NCBI GenBank assembly: GCA_965112155.1
Contig: OZ218108.1
DNA length: 64,000 nt
Source: Podarcis liolepis
Lineage: Eukaryota
Reading direction: 5' to 3' (one strand)
Shown one piece after another: positions 1 through 12,400 of this stretch (positions within the stretch are counted from its first letter, which is position 1; each line of letters begins with the position of its first letter). A program made the translations under genes and the position numbers. A model generated the notes under the pieces. The model was not told the DNA's origin. It ran no database searches and saw nothing but the letters and a program-made list of their open reading frames with translations.

Positions 1-769
1 AGTTCCAATAAAATGTAGGATTACTGTAAGGACCAAACACCAAACACGTGATCTATGAATGTTTACTTGGAAGTAAGTCCCACTGATTTGAATGGGTTAT
101 TGCCAAGTAGGCAAATTTAGCATAAATCATCTTTGTAATTGTTTACTGTTGAGTATCTAGTCTGGCCATATTCTCTCTGAGAGGTGGGGGAAAAACACAC
201 ACAAGAGACCTCAGCATATTCATAGTATTAACACCATTTGTCATATATACCTTTCAAAAAATATATCATTTCGCACTATATTTGTGGGGTGATAACGGCT
301 AATAAAGAATCTAGTCTGTCAACCTAGACAATTAAGCTGATTTGAATTGCCATAATTTCATATAAATTTGCATAAAGCTTCTAAATACTGTATAATTCTT
401 AGGGTTTTTCTTTTTCTTTTTGCACAACTCTAGTCCTGTATTATTTGACAAACCCTTTACTGCTCAGCCCTGTGGATTTGTACAGCAAAAGGTATAAATA
501 ATAGATAGGTGGATTGATGATAATCATAAGTAAGGAAAAAACATTCTAAACCAAAAGCAAAATCTATTATGGAATTACTCTAATAGTCCTAGCACAAATA
601 TTGCTTTTATAGCTTCCAATGAAATATTCCCCTCTCCAAACACACAGAGGAGATATCTTACTGTAATCAGCATTCTTCAATACTACGACAGAAAAGCCAG
701 TATTTTGTTCACTCCACTAGCATTCACCAGCATAATTAAATCTGAAAACCACTTTTCCTGCAAGAACAG

Positions 770-945
770 GCTAATGGCCCATCTAGTCTAGCACCCTGTT
801 CTCTCAGTGGCCAGCAGATACCTGTGGGGAGCTTGCAAGCAGGACACGGGCACAACAGCACTCTGGCCAACTGCAGTTCCAAGCAACTGGTATTCAGAGG
901 CATACTGTCTCTGATAGTGGAAGTGGAACATACCCACTGTGGCTT
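770..945 (-). mobile_element. Old CR1-type 3' UTR fragment (related copy at about 6530-6725)
   Basis: CCATCTAGTCTAGCACCCTGTTCTC.CAGTGGCCA..CAGAT.CC..TGGGA motif shared by both copies. Confidence 0.55.
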
Positions 946-1411
946 AAATTATATTTATCAAGTATTTTGTTGGCTGCTTGTTGGTAGAACAGAGAAAACA
1001 GCCCATAGTAAATAAGAATTGTCTGCACAGTCCTATGCCTATTAACCCAGAGGTCAGCCCCACTGAATTCAATGGGACTTATTCTCAGATAAGCATGTAG
1101 AAATTTGCAGTCAAAAGCACTGCCCCTCTTTTCTCCTCTGTCAACAGCAGCAAAAACAGGCAAGCAATTTCACAGATACCTTATTAAACTTCCACAGTGT
1201 ACCAAAGGTTTGGTGGTCATTTAAAACAGCCTACATTAACACCAGGTTAACAGGAAGAATTCCACACTAAAGTTTCAAATAGAAAATCAGAACCAGGAAG
1301 ATTGTGAATCATTTAAAGCTGTAAGGAACAATACATTTGGCAAGTGTCACTGTCCTGTGCCATGAATCTTGGCTGGAATTCTCTCAAACTAAAAAAGACA
1401 ACACAGATATT

Positions 1412-1759
1412 GGCTCGACTCAAGACGTTATGCCAAACCATGGTTTAAAAAGCTTAAGCTATAGTTTGGCACAATGCATGAATTGGAAAACCATATTCTG
1501 ATTTTCTGGCTGAAAAACTAAGAAATCATGGTTTCATAATGGTTTGCAAGCTGTGTGCTTGGCATGGTGTCTGAATCGATAAATCACAATTACACCCACC
1601 TCTCTGTCTTCATAAGTTGTTACAACACAGAGTGAATGTGTTAAGATGAGCGGTATGAAAATGGCAGAGCTGGTGCAGACAAACAGTTCTGAACCATGGT
1701 TTGGGTTTTCAGCTATGGTTAGTACAAACTGTTATTAGGTATGATGTCTGAATTGAGCC
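1412..1759. mobile_element. Old PIF/Harbinger-like non-autonomous element
   Basis: Degenerate TIR GGCTC(G/A)A(C/T)TCA..GAC; 3-bp TSD ATT; internal AAACCATGGTTT palindromes. Confidence 0.55.
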
Positions 1760-2683
1760 ATTGCAATTGCCAAATAAATGCTCATAAGGGGGGTCTACTT
1801 ATACAAACAGCATATCCTTGGACAAAAGTATTTGCATGAATTGCGGCTCTTTGTCCCTTATTTGGGGGAAGGGAAAGAATCAGTACAAATCTTATTATTA
1901 GGAAAGAAGAGCTGCAATGTCATTAAATTCCTTCCACTGATGTTGCATGACTCATACAACTACCGCATGAGTAGTTATTTCCATGCCATCATTGCCTATC
2001 CCAGTTCTATGTTTCTAGAAAATTACTTAAGAAGTAACTATAATGTTTCATATTTAGAAAGAGAGAAACACAATGGAAAATATAATATAAATGCACATAA
2101 CATATTGTTACTAGTCAACAAGGCATTCAAGCTGAAAAATACAGAGGGCATAACTACCCTCACAGGAGAGTGTGTAATAAAGCCAGCTGCACAGTAAGAA
2201 AAACAAAGTCAAATAATTGAATTTACCATGTTCAAGTTGGATTACTCAGTTTAGAAAAATGTAACAAATAATTCCAGCTCAGGTTTTCTGTTTATATACC
2301 AAAAATAAAACTTCTGATGCTAAATTAGTCTTTTCTTTTAGAAATAAAGTATGAAATACAATAATGCATCAAATAAATCTGTCACATAATACATAGCACT
2401 AAACTGTACAGCAGACAACATACACATGAAACAAAACTTACTAAACCTTTGCCACAAATGGGAAGGATAATGTGAACATTGCTTCAGTGATTACTGACTC
2501 TTATGTTGAACAAAATGAATTTTTCATCGGAACATCTGATGTAAGAAAGGAACGTGATGTACAACTTCAATTTTATCTTTAAAAATCATTTGATGCTCTC
2601 TTCCAATTTTGCTAATGTACATAGTAGTTTATAGTATTGGACATGGTAACATTTTAAAATAAAAAGACACAACCCTAACCCAC

Positions 2684-3001
2684 CTCCTGTACGTTCTTTT
2701 TCCCAGTTCCCACTGCCAGGTTTAGGTGGCTGCAAAGCAAGGTGCCTGTTCTCTGGTGGCCTCAGGGTGGATTCTAATCTGTGGAATTTGTGGATTCTGT
2801 CTCTGACAAGAATGGCATTGGCCCTTTCATCTTTATTGGAAAACTCTCTGGCATCAGGCCAACCAAGATCCTTCTTCTGGACTACATTAGCAATCTCTGC
2901 TACAAGATCTGATTCTGCCTTTTCTGTAGGGTTATACTTGTGCACATGAACAACATCTTCCCTTTCTCCTAGCAGCTTGGAAATGAGTGAATAGAAATCA
3001 C
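2684..3001 (-). CDS. PAM: PAM 'exon A' (alternatively spliced PHM-PAL linker, phase 1-1, 106 codons) with Lys-Lys endoproteolytic site
   Basis: Long CT-rich tract then gtgcag|GT GAT TTC...GGA G|gtgggt, 318 nt; DFYSLISKLLGEREDVVHVHKYNPTEK...VQKKDLG...NAILVRDRIHKFHRLESTLRP. Confidence 0.96.
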
Positions 3002-6000
3002 CTGCACAGAGAAAAAGAGAGAGAAAGAGAAAAAAACAACAGGTAAGAGAAAGAGACAGAGGAGGCGGACAGACTGCAAGATTTTGTTGTGAGCTTGACA
3101 AAGAGAAGAAATAGGAAGTTATTCCTAAAAGCCAACTTGGTTCAAAACTTCTGGCTGCTCAGGAACTCTTGACATAAATCACAGGCTGTTGCAGTCCTTA
3201 AATTTACACAACAATGCCTTTTTTTGACAAGGCATTTCAGAACCCAGGCAAATGAGGCCCCTTGCCTCTGGAAGGCTGGCCATGGGGGGGAAAGCATAAC
3301 TTTAGGAAGGATTATTTTAGCATTATTTAGCATCGGAACACTGGTGTACTTACCTCCTCTGAAATTTGCTACTAATAGCCTTTACAGGAAGCAGAAATTC
3401 AGAAGTGAAACCAGTTTGAAAGGAAATATATTCAGTTTTTCACTAGATTCTACAGAATGTTAATACAATCTGGAAGTGAACCAGTTGCAATTGTGGTTGT
3501 GTGTTTTCCCCTACTGTATGCTTTTTGGAACTGCATTAGCCAGGAAATGGAGGAAAAATTACAGATTGGTAAATTCTCCCACAGAAATGTTTGATAGATT
3601 ATCAAACTGACATATCTTTTTTTATATCTTTAGTTATATCAGATGCCTAACATTCTGGTTTATACATTATCTGTGTTATTGAAAGTTCCATACCTAGCCA
3701 ATATGCTTCCCCCCCCCCCAACCAGTGTTGTTAGCTAGATTGTCTGTGCTAGAAAATTGCATCATGTTTATATGAAGACTGCCAGGAAGGATTCCTCCCC
3801 GCCCCCATTTCCCATGTTGCCTGGTTTCACTTGAGTCTGTTTCCTGTGTGTTGAATATGAATATTGTGGGGTTTTTTAAATAAAAAAGTCAGAAGAACGA
3901 CAACTTTGTTAATTCAACTATTTCAGAAATGATAAGCATATCAAACATATTCAGAATATGCATCCAGAATTAAGGAAAGAATAGCTAATATGCACCTACT
4001 GTGATGGAAGCACAAGGTTTGCTAGATCTAGGTCCTTTTATCCCATTTGAGTACAATCGGAACTAAAGAAGATACAGTAGAATACTTCACTTGAGCACTC
4101 CAGATGTGCACCACACACTCTTCCATTTGCAATCTGAAGATTACTGTTATCAAAGCAAGGCAGCTTACAACTGTTGAAGCACACTGGAGTATATGACATA
4201 TAAATAAAATAAGAAAGCAAGGTCTGGTAGAAGCCTGAAAGAAGAAAATTCAAAAGAAAGGAGGAAAGGGAGGTATTCATTCACTCATTACACATCACTT
4301 AAAACTAGCTGGGTCGATTTGAACGGGATCCAATTTGTTGCTGATGTAAACGCACTTGCTTACAAAGCAGCAGCAACAAGCTCTTCGCCGTCTGCAGGTT
4401 TTATGTGCGGCCAGCGTCAGCGCAAGCTATCAGGAACATATTGTTCTACTCAACAATTTTGTTAAGAGCCAGCAATTGTCGGCAGCTGGACATGGACATG
4501 TGTTCAGTTGTGCTACATCTTATTCTAATTTGCATCTTGCCACCAAGAGCCAAAACTGCAAGGCACATCTGCAGTGGCAGCCTGAGGGAGGGAGCCCTGC
4601 CCTACAAGGGGCTGGTAGCCATTTCCAGACCAGATAATTTCTTCTTATCGAGTCCCTGCAGAGCAGAGACTCAGAAGGCAAGTGGCAGCTTGAACACCTA
4701 AAGCAGGCTTCCTCAACCTCGGCCCTCCAGATGTTTTGAGACTACAATTCCCATCACCCCTGACCACTGGTCCTGCTAGCTAGGGATCATGGGAGTTATA
4801 GGCCAAAAACATCTGGAGGGCCGAGGTTGAGGAAGCCTGACCTAAAGCAACCTTCCTAATCTGGTGCCCTTCAGCTGTGTTGGACTACAACTTCCATCAT
4901 TCTTGACTACTGACTATGCTGGCTGGGGCTGATGGGAATTGTAGTCCAAAACCAACAGGAAGGCATCAAGTTGGGAAAGGCTGATCTAAGGACTAAGGGA
5001 GACTTGCATTTGCTTCCTCCAGTGCCTCTTGTGTCAGCAACCATGAGCCGGAAACAACAAGAGACATCAGAAGAAGCATCCTGGGTGAGGAAGCAATTGC
5101 TTCCTTGAAGATCTGCTGTGGCTCAGTGCTGCTGCAGCAGCTGGAATATCCAGTGTTGAGAAGGGGGACTTGTACACATCTGTGCCTGTTCCTAACAACT
5201 CTTCTCTGTTCTGTTGTATATTAAAGATAACCTAAATCACCTTGAGCTCTTCGGTTAGCAGGAGGAATATAAATACTTCAAATGATCTATTCAACCTCTG
5301 CACTGGAGGAAAGGGCTTAGTCATTTATCACTTTATGCTTCTTTCTTTCTGTTTTGGATTGGTGGCTGCAAACAGTCCGTAAATAAATATCCCCGCCTTG
5401 GTGACACAACCATTAACTTCCGCAAATATGCTGGCTCACAAGTATTTCCATTAGACTGAGAGGATAATGAATTAAAAGGTTAAGGATTTCAATTATTTAG
5501 ACTTCTTTTAAAAATACATTTATGGAACCATGTCATAAAATCTTCTTAAAAGTTTCACATTAAAGCAATAATAAACGTAAATGGTAAGCTAAGGCTTCAG
5601 GACTCTCACGGAAAATGCAATTTTAAGAACTCAGCAAGGGGGGAAATTAAGTCTTTTCAAAATGACCCTAAGAGAGTCTGTCATGTTTATAAACAGTCCT
5701 GGCTCAACGGTTCCAGCTAAATTTCCAATTTCAGCCTTTGGAAGGGGAATGTCCCCAGTGAAATCCCCTGTCAGAAAATAATTATCAGAGTTAATAGGGC
5801 CAATTTTGGTGAAATGAACAAAGCAAATTGGAGCTGAACATAATGTGTTAAGCCATCCCCACTAACACGCTTGATAAAACATCCTTAATGTTGCTTTCCT
5901 TCAACCACATACTACTGCATTTATGACCAATTCTTATCAGATGCTTTCTACTGTTACAAAAACCACAGCACAACCACCGTCGCCATCGTCCCAGCTGCAT

Positions 6001-6431
6001 TTTAAAATCAGTTATGACATATACCTTTCCTCATACAAGGGATTAATCCAATTCCTGTATGCCTAAACACCCTTTGTAGGTGATGTGTCTACATCTTCTA
6101 CTTGGGTACCCGACCAAACATCCATGAGGAATTGCCTCCCAAATAAACCCAAGTATGAAGGGTGTGGCATGGGGGGGGGGAGAGAGAAAATCAAACAGCT
6201 GTCGACATATCATGCTGTATGTATGCAAACTTCCCTTCTGGCATCATTATTGCAAAAGCCAGCAAAACGATAATCCACTTCACATTCCTGTTAATTCAAA
6301 GCTGTTTTGTGAAAGTGAGAGCCACGACTCTGAGATAAAGGGACTCTGGAGCTGCCCAGAGTGGCTGGGGAAACCCAGCCAGATAGGTGGGCTATAAATA
6401 AATAAATAAATAAATAAATTATTATTATTAC

Positions 6432-6466
<35 letters not shown>

Positions 6467-9400
6467 CTGTCTCCCAAAGAGCAATAATACCTAATGGCAC
6501 CATGTGTCTCAGTGGCAAAGAACAAGTTTAAGAACATAAGATGAGTCCTACTTGATTAGACCAAAGGACCATCACAGTGGCCAGACAGATGCCTTTGGGA
6601 AGCCCATGAACAGGATGTAAGTGCAATAACTCTGTGCCACTCCTGATTCGTAGCAACTAGTATGCACATGCATTCACATTACTAGCAGCCACGGATACCT
6701 TTATCCTTCACAAATCTGTCTAACCCCCGGTTCAAATACATCAAAATTTACTAATTTTAAATGGGCCCTATCCATCCCCAAACAGAGCCAGGTTTCCTAC
6801 TGTGAAGGCATATTGAGGGCTTACACTCATTTAGGGTATAAACCAAGTATGAGTGACTACTATCCCTATTGTACCTCTGCGGCTTCCACTGAAGAAGGCC
6901 AAGTCTGAAGACCAAATGGTGAAATGGGCAGCAGCAAAAGACAGGGTGTTTTGGTCAGGATGTTTCATCTCAGGAACTTCCATTACCTGAGGGATAACTC
7001 AGTCAGTAGAACATGAGTCATCGATTCGAGCCCCACTTTGGGCAAAAAAATCCTGCATTTCAGATTTTTAGGAAACAACGAAACATGCCTCTCCCAGCAC
7101 CCCCCCCAAACTTTTAATGGAATTTGATGTTGCTACTGAAGTGGGTTTGCCAACTGCTTTTATCTATAACTTTTCCACAGAGAGTTTTTTTAAAATGTTA
7201 TTATTTGCTGCCTAAAGAAGGCTTGTGACTGATAATAAATTTAAATGATTAATAATACCAAATGAGATGAATTAAACAACCCTCTCATTTATTTATATCC
7301 TTCAACACCTTTCTGATATTATTGCTATATTTTCTCAGTTCTGTCACTGAACTCGTCCAAATGGCAGAACAGAAATAGCTCAAGAGGAAAACATTTCGTT
7401 TGTTTAGATATCACACTGTTTTTTGTATGGGCACTTTAAAACAGCTGATTCTGCATTGCTTGAAGCCTTAGGCACTCTGGCGCTGTGGCAATCTCAACTT
7501 CTCATCGAGAACTACATATACAACCCACTCCTCCTACACTGAAAAGATAGAATATGAAGTCTCATCCAGGGATGATGAAGTAGATTCCTGGGTGATAAAA
7601 TAGCAGCTCAAAGGCTTGTACACTAAATGCAGACAACTTTACTTCAGTAATGCAAAAAACAGACCAAAGCTGTAGAGTGAGGAGAGGAAAATGGGGTGTT
7701 TAACATACAGTGGTACCTCAGGTTACATTCTGCTAACCCAGAAATAGTACCTCGGGTTAAGAACGCTGCTTCAGGATGAGAACAGAAAGCATGCTCCAAC
7801 AGCGCGGCAGCAGCGGGAGGCCCCATTAGCTAAAGTGGTCCTTCAGGTTAAGAACAGTTTCAGGTTAAGTACGAACCTCCAGAATGAATTAAGTACTTAA
7901 CCCGAGGTTACCACTGTACCAATAAGACAACCATTTCTTAAGTATTTCAGAATAAGTTGGTTACACAAGCTTTCAGAAACCCATAGCCCCCAAACTAATG
8001 CTACAATTCCACCTTAATCCAACTAAGTTCGGGTATGTTTTCTCAGTTTTCATAAAGAATAAAACTTCACATCACCATTGTGCCCAAGGCCATTTGTCTT
8101 CCAGAACCAGTGTTTCAGTTATATGTAAGTAGCTATATTGTTTAATACAAATACATTTTTCAAGCTCCACATGGCACAAAACAGTTTAGACCTCAATCCG
8201 ACTCCCAGGCTTAGTCACAACACTCCTTTTATGACTATAAACAAAGATTCATTTCAGTCCCCCATCATGGAGAAGAACAGCAATGACCTACCTCACACAA
8301 TTTTTGAAGGAGAATGAATACAAGAATGTAGCTCAACTGGACAATAAGGAGGAAGAAATAAAAGCTGGAAACTAAGGAGATTCATTGTCAATGCAAAATT
8401 TAAAAGCAATTCATTATCCAGCACTTCACTCATAATTTAGGAAAATGTATTGGTACACAGAGACATTAATAACTTTAAAAGGACACCTTAATGATTAACC
8501 ACCCAGAACCAGTGCTAGAATTGGTTTTAATTCTTTCAGCAATTAAAACTTGTATTAGCTGGAACTACCGCAATTAAAGTCAGCAAGAAAAAAATGGTGT
8601 ATGAGAATTTAAATGAACCTGTTAAAATTACAGAAACTCCCACTCATTCTTAAAGAGGTTTGATTTCTTTCTTGACCAACAAAAGCTAAAGAACCTGTTT
8701 CCATAGAAACATGTTAGAGATATATACACACACACGCTCACACATACACACCAAGTAGAGATTTGTTATTAAACAAAGCTGTACTGCAGCTTCTGTTTGG
8801 AGGATGTTTTTACAAGACAAGTTAAAATCGGCAAAGCAGAATAAGTGTTTCAGTGATTAAAAAATGCTTCCGAACCACCGTGTTAAATCATTACATATCT
8901 CACTAGTTAACCCAGAATGAGTACCATCCAGATTAATCAGGGATTGCTAAACTTGACAATTGTCATGCAAGATCCTCTTCAAATCCACAGAAGTCATTTC
9001 AGAGGAATAGGTGTGTAAAATTTAAATCAATCTTAAATATTTGAATTGCAAGATTAAACCTAGCAATTCTTCCACATATTTGGATATGTGGAAATGTTGT
9101 GATTCAAAATGCAGCTCAACCATGGAATCAGACATTCTCTCAGTCTTGATTCTCTATCTGCAAAAATTGGATGAAATAAATACACCCCGCTTAACAGCAA
9201 CGCTGATGAGACTACTAATTTAGATGCAAGGCTCTTTCAATTATTTAACTCCACTATTTGGCTTACAAAGTGGTGCATGTGCAAAGACAGTAAAACAGAA
9301 GGCTTGAAATTGCAGCTTTAGAATGAGTCCTTAATAATAATAATAATAATAATAATAAATTTTATTTATATCCCGCCCTCCCCAGCCGAAGCCGGGCTCA

Positions 9401-12400
9401 GGGCGGCTAACAACAATAAAACAGTATAAAACAGTATAACATAAACAACACTCTAAAATCATTCATTGTAAAATTAATTAATTCAGGCCACTGGCAACCA
9501 TTGGGCCAGAGCTCCGCGAAGATTGCCGAGGGAGGGAGTCAGGCTGTGCCCTGGCCAAAGGCCTGGCGGAACAACTCTGTCTTGCAGGCCCTGCGGAAAG
9601 ATGTCAAGTCCCGCAGGGCCCTGGTCTCTTGTGACAGAGTGTTCCACCAGATCGGAGCCACAGCCGAAAAAGCCCTGGCTCTAGTTGAGGCCAGCCTAAC
9701 TTCTCTGTGGCCTGGGACCTTCAAGATGTTTTTATTTGAAGACCGTAAGTTTCTCTGTGGGGCATACCAGGAGAGGCGGTCCCGTAGGTACGAGGGTCCT
9801 AGGCCGTATAGGGCTTTAAAGGTTAAAACCAGCACCTTAAATCTGATCCTGTACTCCACCGGGAGCCAGTGCAGCTGGTGTAGCACCGGATGAATGTGAT
9901 CTCGCAGCGAAGACCCCATAAGGAGTCTCGCCGCGGCATTCTGCACCCGCTGGAGTTTCTGGGTCAGTCTCAAGGGCAGCCCCACGTAGAGCGAGTTACA
10001 ATAATCCAATCTGGAGGTGACCGTCGCGTGGATCACAGTGGCCAGGTCAGGGCGAGAGAGGTAAGGGGCCAACTGCTTAGCTTGGCGGAGATGGAAAAAT
10101 GCCGCCTTTGTTATAGCTGCAATCTGCGCCTCCATGGAAAGGGAGGCGTCGAAGATTACACCCAAACTCTTAACAGACGGTGCTGGCACTAATTGCGCCC
10201 CCGCAAGAGATGGGAGTTGCCCCCCCAATCCCATATCGCCCCGCCCTAGCCACAGGACCTCTGTCTTCGAAGGATTTAGCTTCAACCGGCTCCCACGTAA
10301 CCATCCAGCCACAGCTTCCAAACATCTGGTCAGTGTGTCTGGGGCCGAGTCAGGATGGCCATCCATCAACAGATAGAGTTGGGTGTCATCGGCATACTGA
10401 TGGCAACCCAGCCCAAAACTCCGGACAAGCTGGGCGAGGGGGCGCATAAAGATGTTGAAAAGCATCGGGGAGAGTATCGCACCCTGAGGTACTCCACACA
10501 CCAAGGAGTGGCGCGATGACAATTCCCCCCCAAGCGCCACCCTCTGTCCCCGACCAGAGAGAAACGAGCGCAGCCATTGAAGGACTGTGCCCTGGATCCC
10601 CACGTCGGCAAGGCGGTGGTCCAGAAGTTCGTGATCGACCATGTCGAAAGCTGCTGATAGATCTAGAAGAATCAGCAGCCCCGACCCGCCTCGATCCAGC
10701 TGTCTACGAAGATCATCTGTTAGGGCGACCAGAGCCGTCTCGGTCCCATGACCAGTGCGGAAGCCGGACTGGAATGGATCCAAAGCCGATGTTTCATCCA
10801 GAAACCCACCAAGCTGTTCGGCAACCGCTCTCTCAATCACCTTACCCAGGAACGGAAGATTCGAAACCGGGCGGTAATTGGATAGATCTAAAGGATCTAA
10901 TGATGTTTTCTTTAAGAGCGGGCGCACCACTGCCTCCTTCAGTTCCCCTGGGAATGTCCCCGTGCCAAGGGACAAATTGATGATATCCCCCAGGAGGGCC
11001 CGCACCTCGTCTGGACACGCTCTAATCAGCCAAGACGGGCACGGGTCGAGAGGACAGGTGGTGGGCTTTCCAGCTCGGAGGAGTCTGTCCACATCGGCTG
11101 GGGATATCCGGTCGAAGTGGTCCAATACTGGACCCGAGGACAGTCGAGGGGCCTCCAGTTCCTTTATTGTATCCAAATTGGCAGGGAGGTCATGGCGGAG
11201 CGACAAGACCTTCTCCGCAAAAAAGCTCGCAAATGCCTCACAGCTAAGTGTCAAATTGTTATTTAAATTTGGCTGTCCCACAAGGGACGTTAAAGACCTG
11301 ATTATACTAAATCAGGTCAAACGGTCAAACAAAAATATTTGTGCTAACAGGATCACTTTGTTGGATACAACCTTTGGTAATGGTATCCTGAAAGGTTCAG
11401 CCATAACAACATTCCATTGGGCTTGTGAGACATAATAAAGTGTTTGTGTATGCATACAGTTACACACATTTTGTATATATACAGTATTAAAATGCAACAA
11501 AGAAGGACTAGTATCCATTCCACATCTCCTTACATGTTAATATTAAAGTACAGTGATAATTCTTTGCACATTAAGATGCTTCCTTCTGTACATGAGTGGT
11601 CAAACTGAAAATGGTCATTATGTTACAAAACTCCAACAAAATAAGTAATTAATATTTTTCATATATAATCAAGAATTAAAACTAAAAACCTCCCTTTTTT
11701 CTTCTTCCAGGAAGAACACTCTTTATTTATTGAAGACATTTATACACCATTTAATTAATCATCTGCATTTCTAAACCCTACTAACCAAATACAGCACACA
11801 AATAAATGACAATTGTATTAAGCAAATTTATCTGTGAACAAGAAAATCAAATGAGATTAAACTGTACTAATGAGTTTACCTGCAAGGTTAGGGACCAGTA
11901 ATTGACTATTTCCTCTTGAATGATTATGCAAGGAGCAGCAATGCAATAGTAGGGATGATTTAAATGCTAGTTGTTGAACAGCTACCACTATTTTGATAAA
12001 TCTCAATACAAAGAATGCAATTATCACTACTATTTGAAACATTTTTGAAATCTATTTTATGAAACCAGTATTATACGTACCCTGGTCTAAAACCTCCTCC
12101 TCATCTCTTTTTGGCTGTTGCATAACAGAAACTGTATCTCCACTTTTGGCTTCTGAAAAATAGAAAGGAGGAAATCTAATGATCTAAGAAAGAAATCGAA
12201 AAGCTAAAAGAGAAGTTAATAGAATTCAGATACCTGCACATATACATACTGGCTTTTGTAACTCAGATTAATTGCAAGGAGTCAGTACAATCCAACAATT
12301 TATTTTCTGATATAAATGCACAGCTTCATTTAACATAGTCTACTGCTCCAGCGGTTCCAAATTGAATAAAATATTGTGAGGGCCCAGGTAAGCCCTGCTC

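Noticed and set aside
1778-2197. 139-aa plus-strand ORF, and other 60-160 aa intronic ORFs such as 15239-15727
   Set aside because: No domain similarity or coding-like composition; some overlap decayed repeats.
1-2585. First PAL-domain exon (DFH.EEALDWPG...)
   Set aside because: Not found in this interval; it presumably lies beyond the window's left edge.
6990-7060. tRNA gene-like box A/box B sequence (also about 18350 and 62445)
   Set aside because: No complete cloverleaf; continues into CR1-type tails, so these are SINE heads.
11263-11297. G-L-*-R-P-L-W-D-S-Q-I-* as a homologue of the short Xenopus AE-I terminal exon
   Set aside because: It has an internal stop, and the same bases read FSIIRSLTSLVGQP in the L2 ORF2 frame, so this is LINE sequence; the resemblance is coincidental.
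9501-11435. Several plus-strand ORFs (63-185 aa) overlapping the L2
   Set aside because: Antisense shadows of a GC-rich RT frame; no recognisable motifs.
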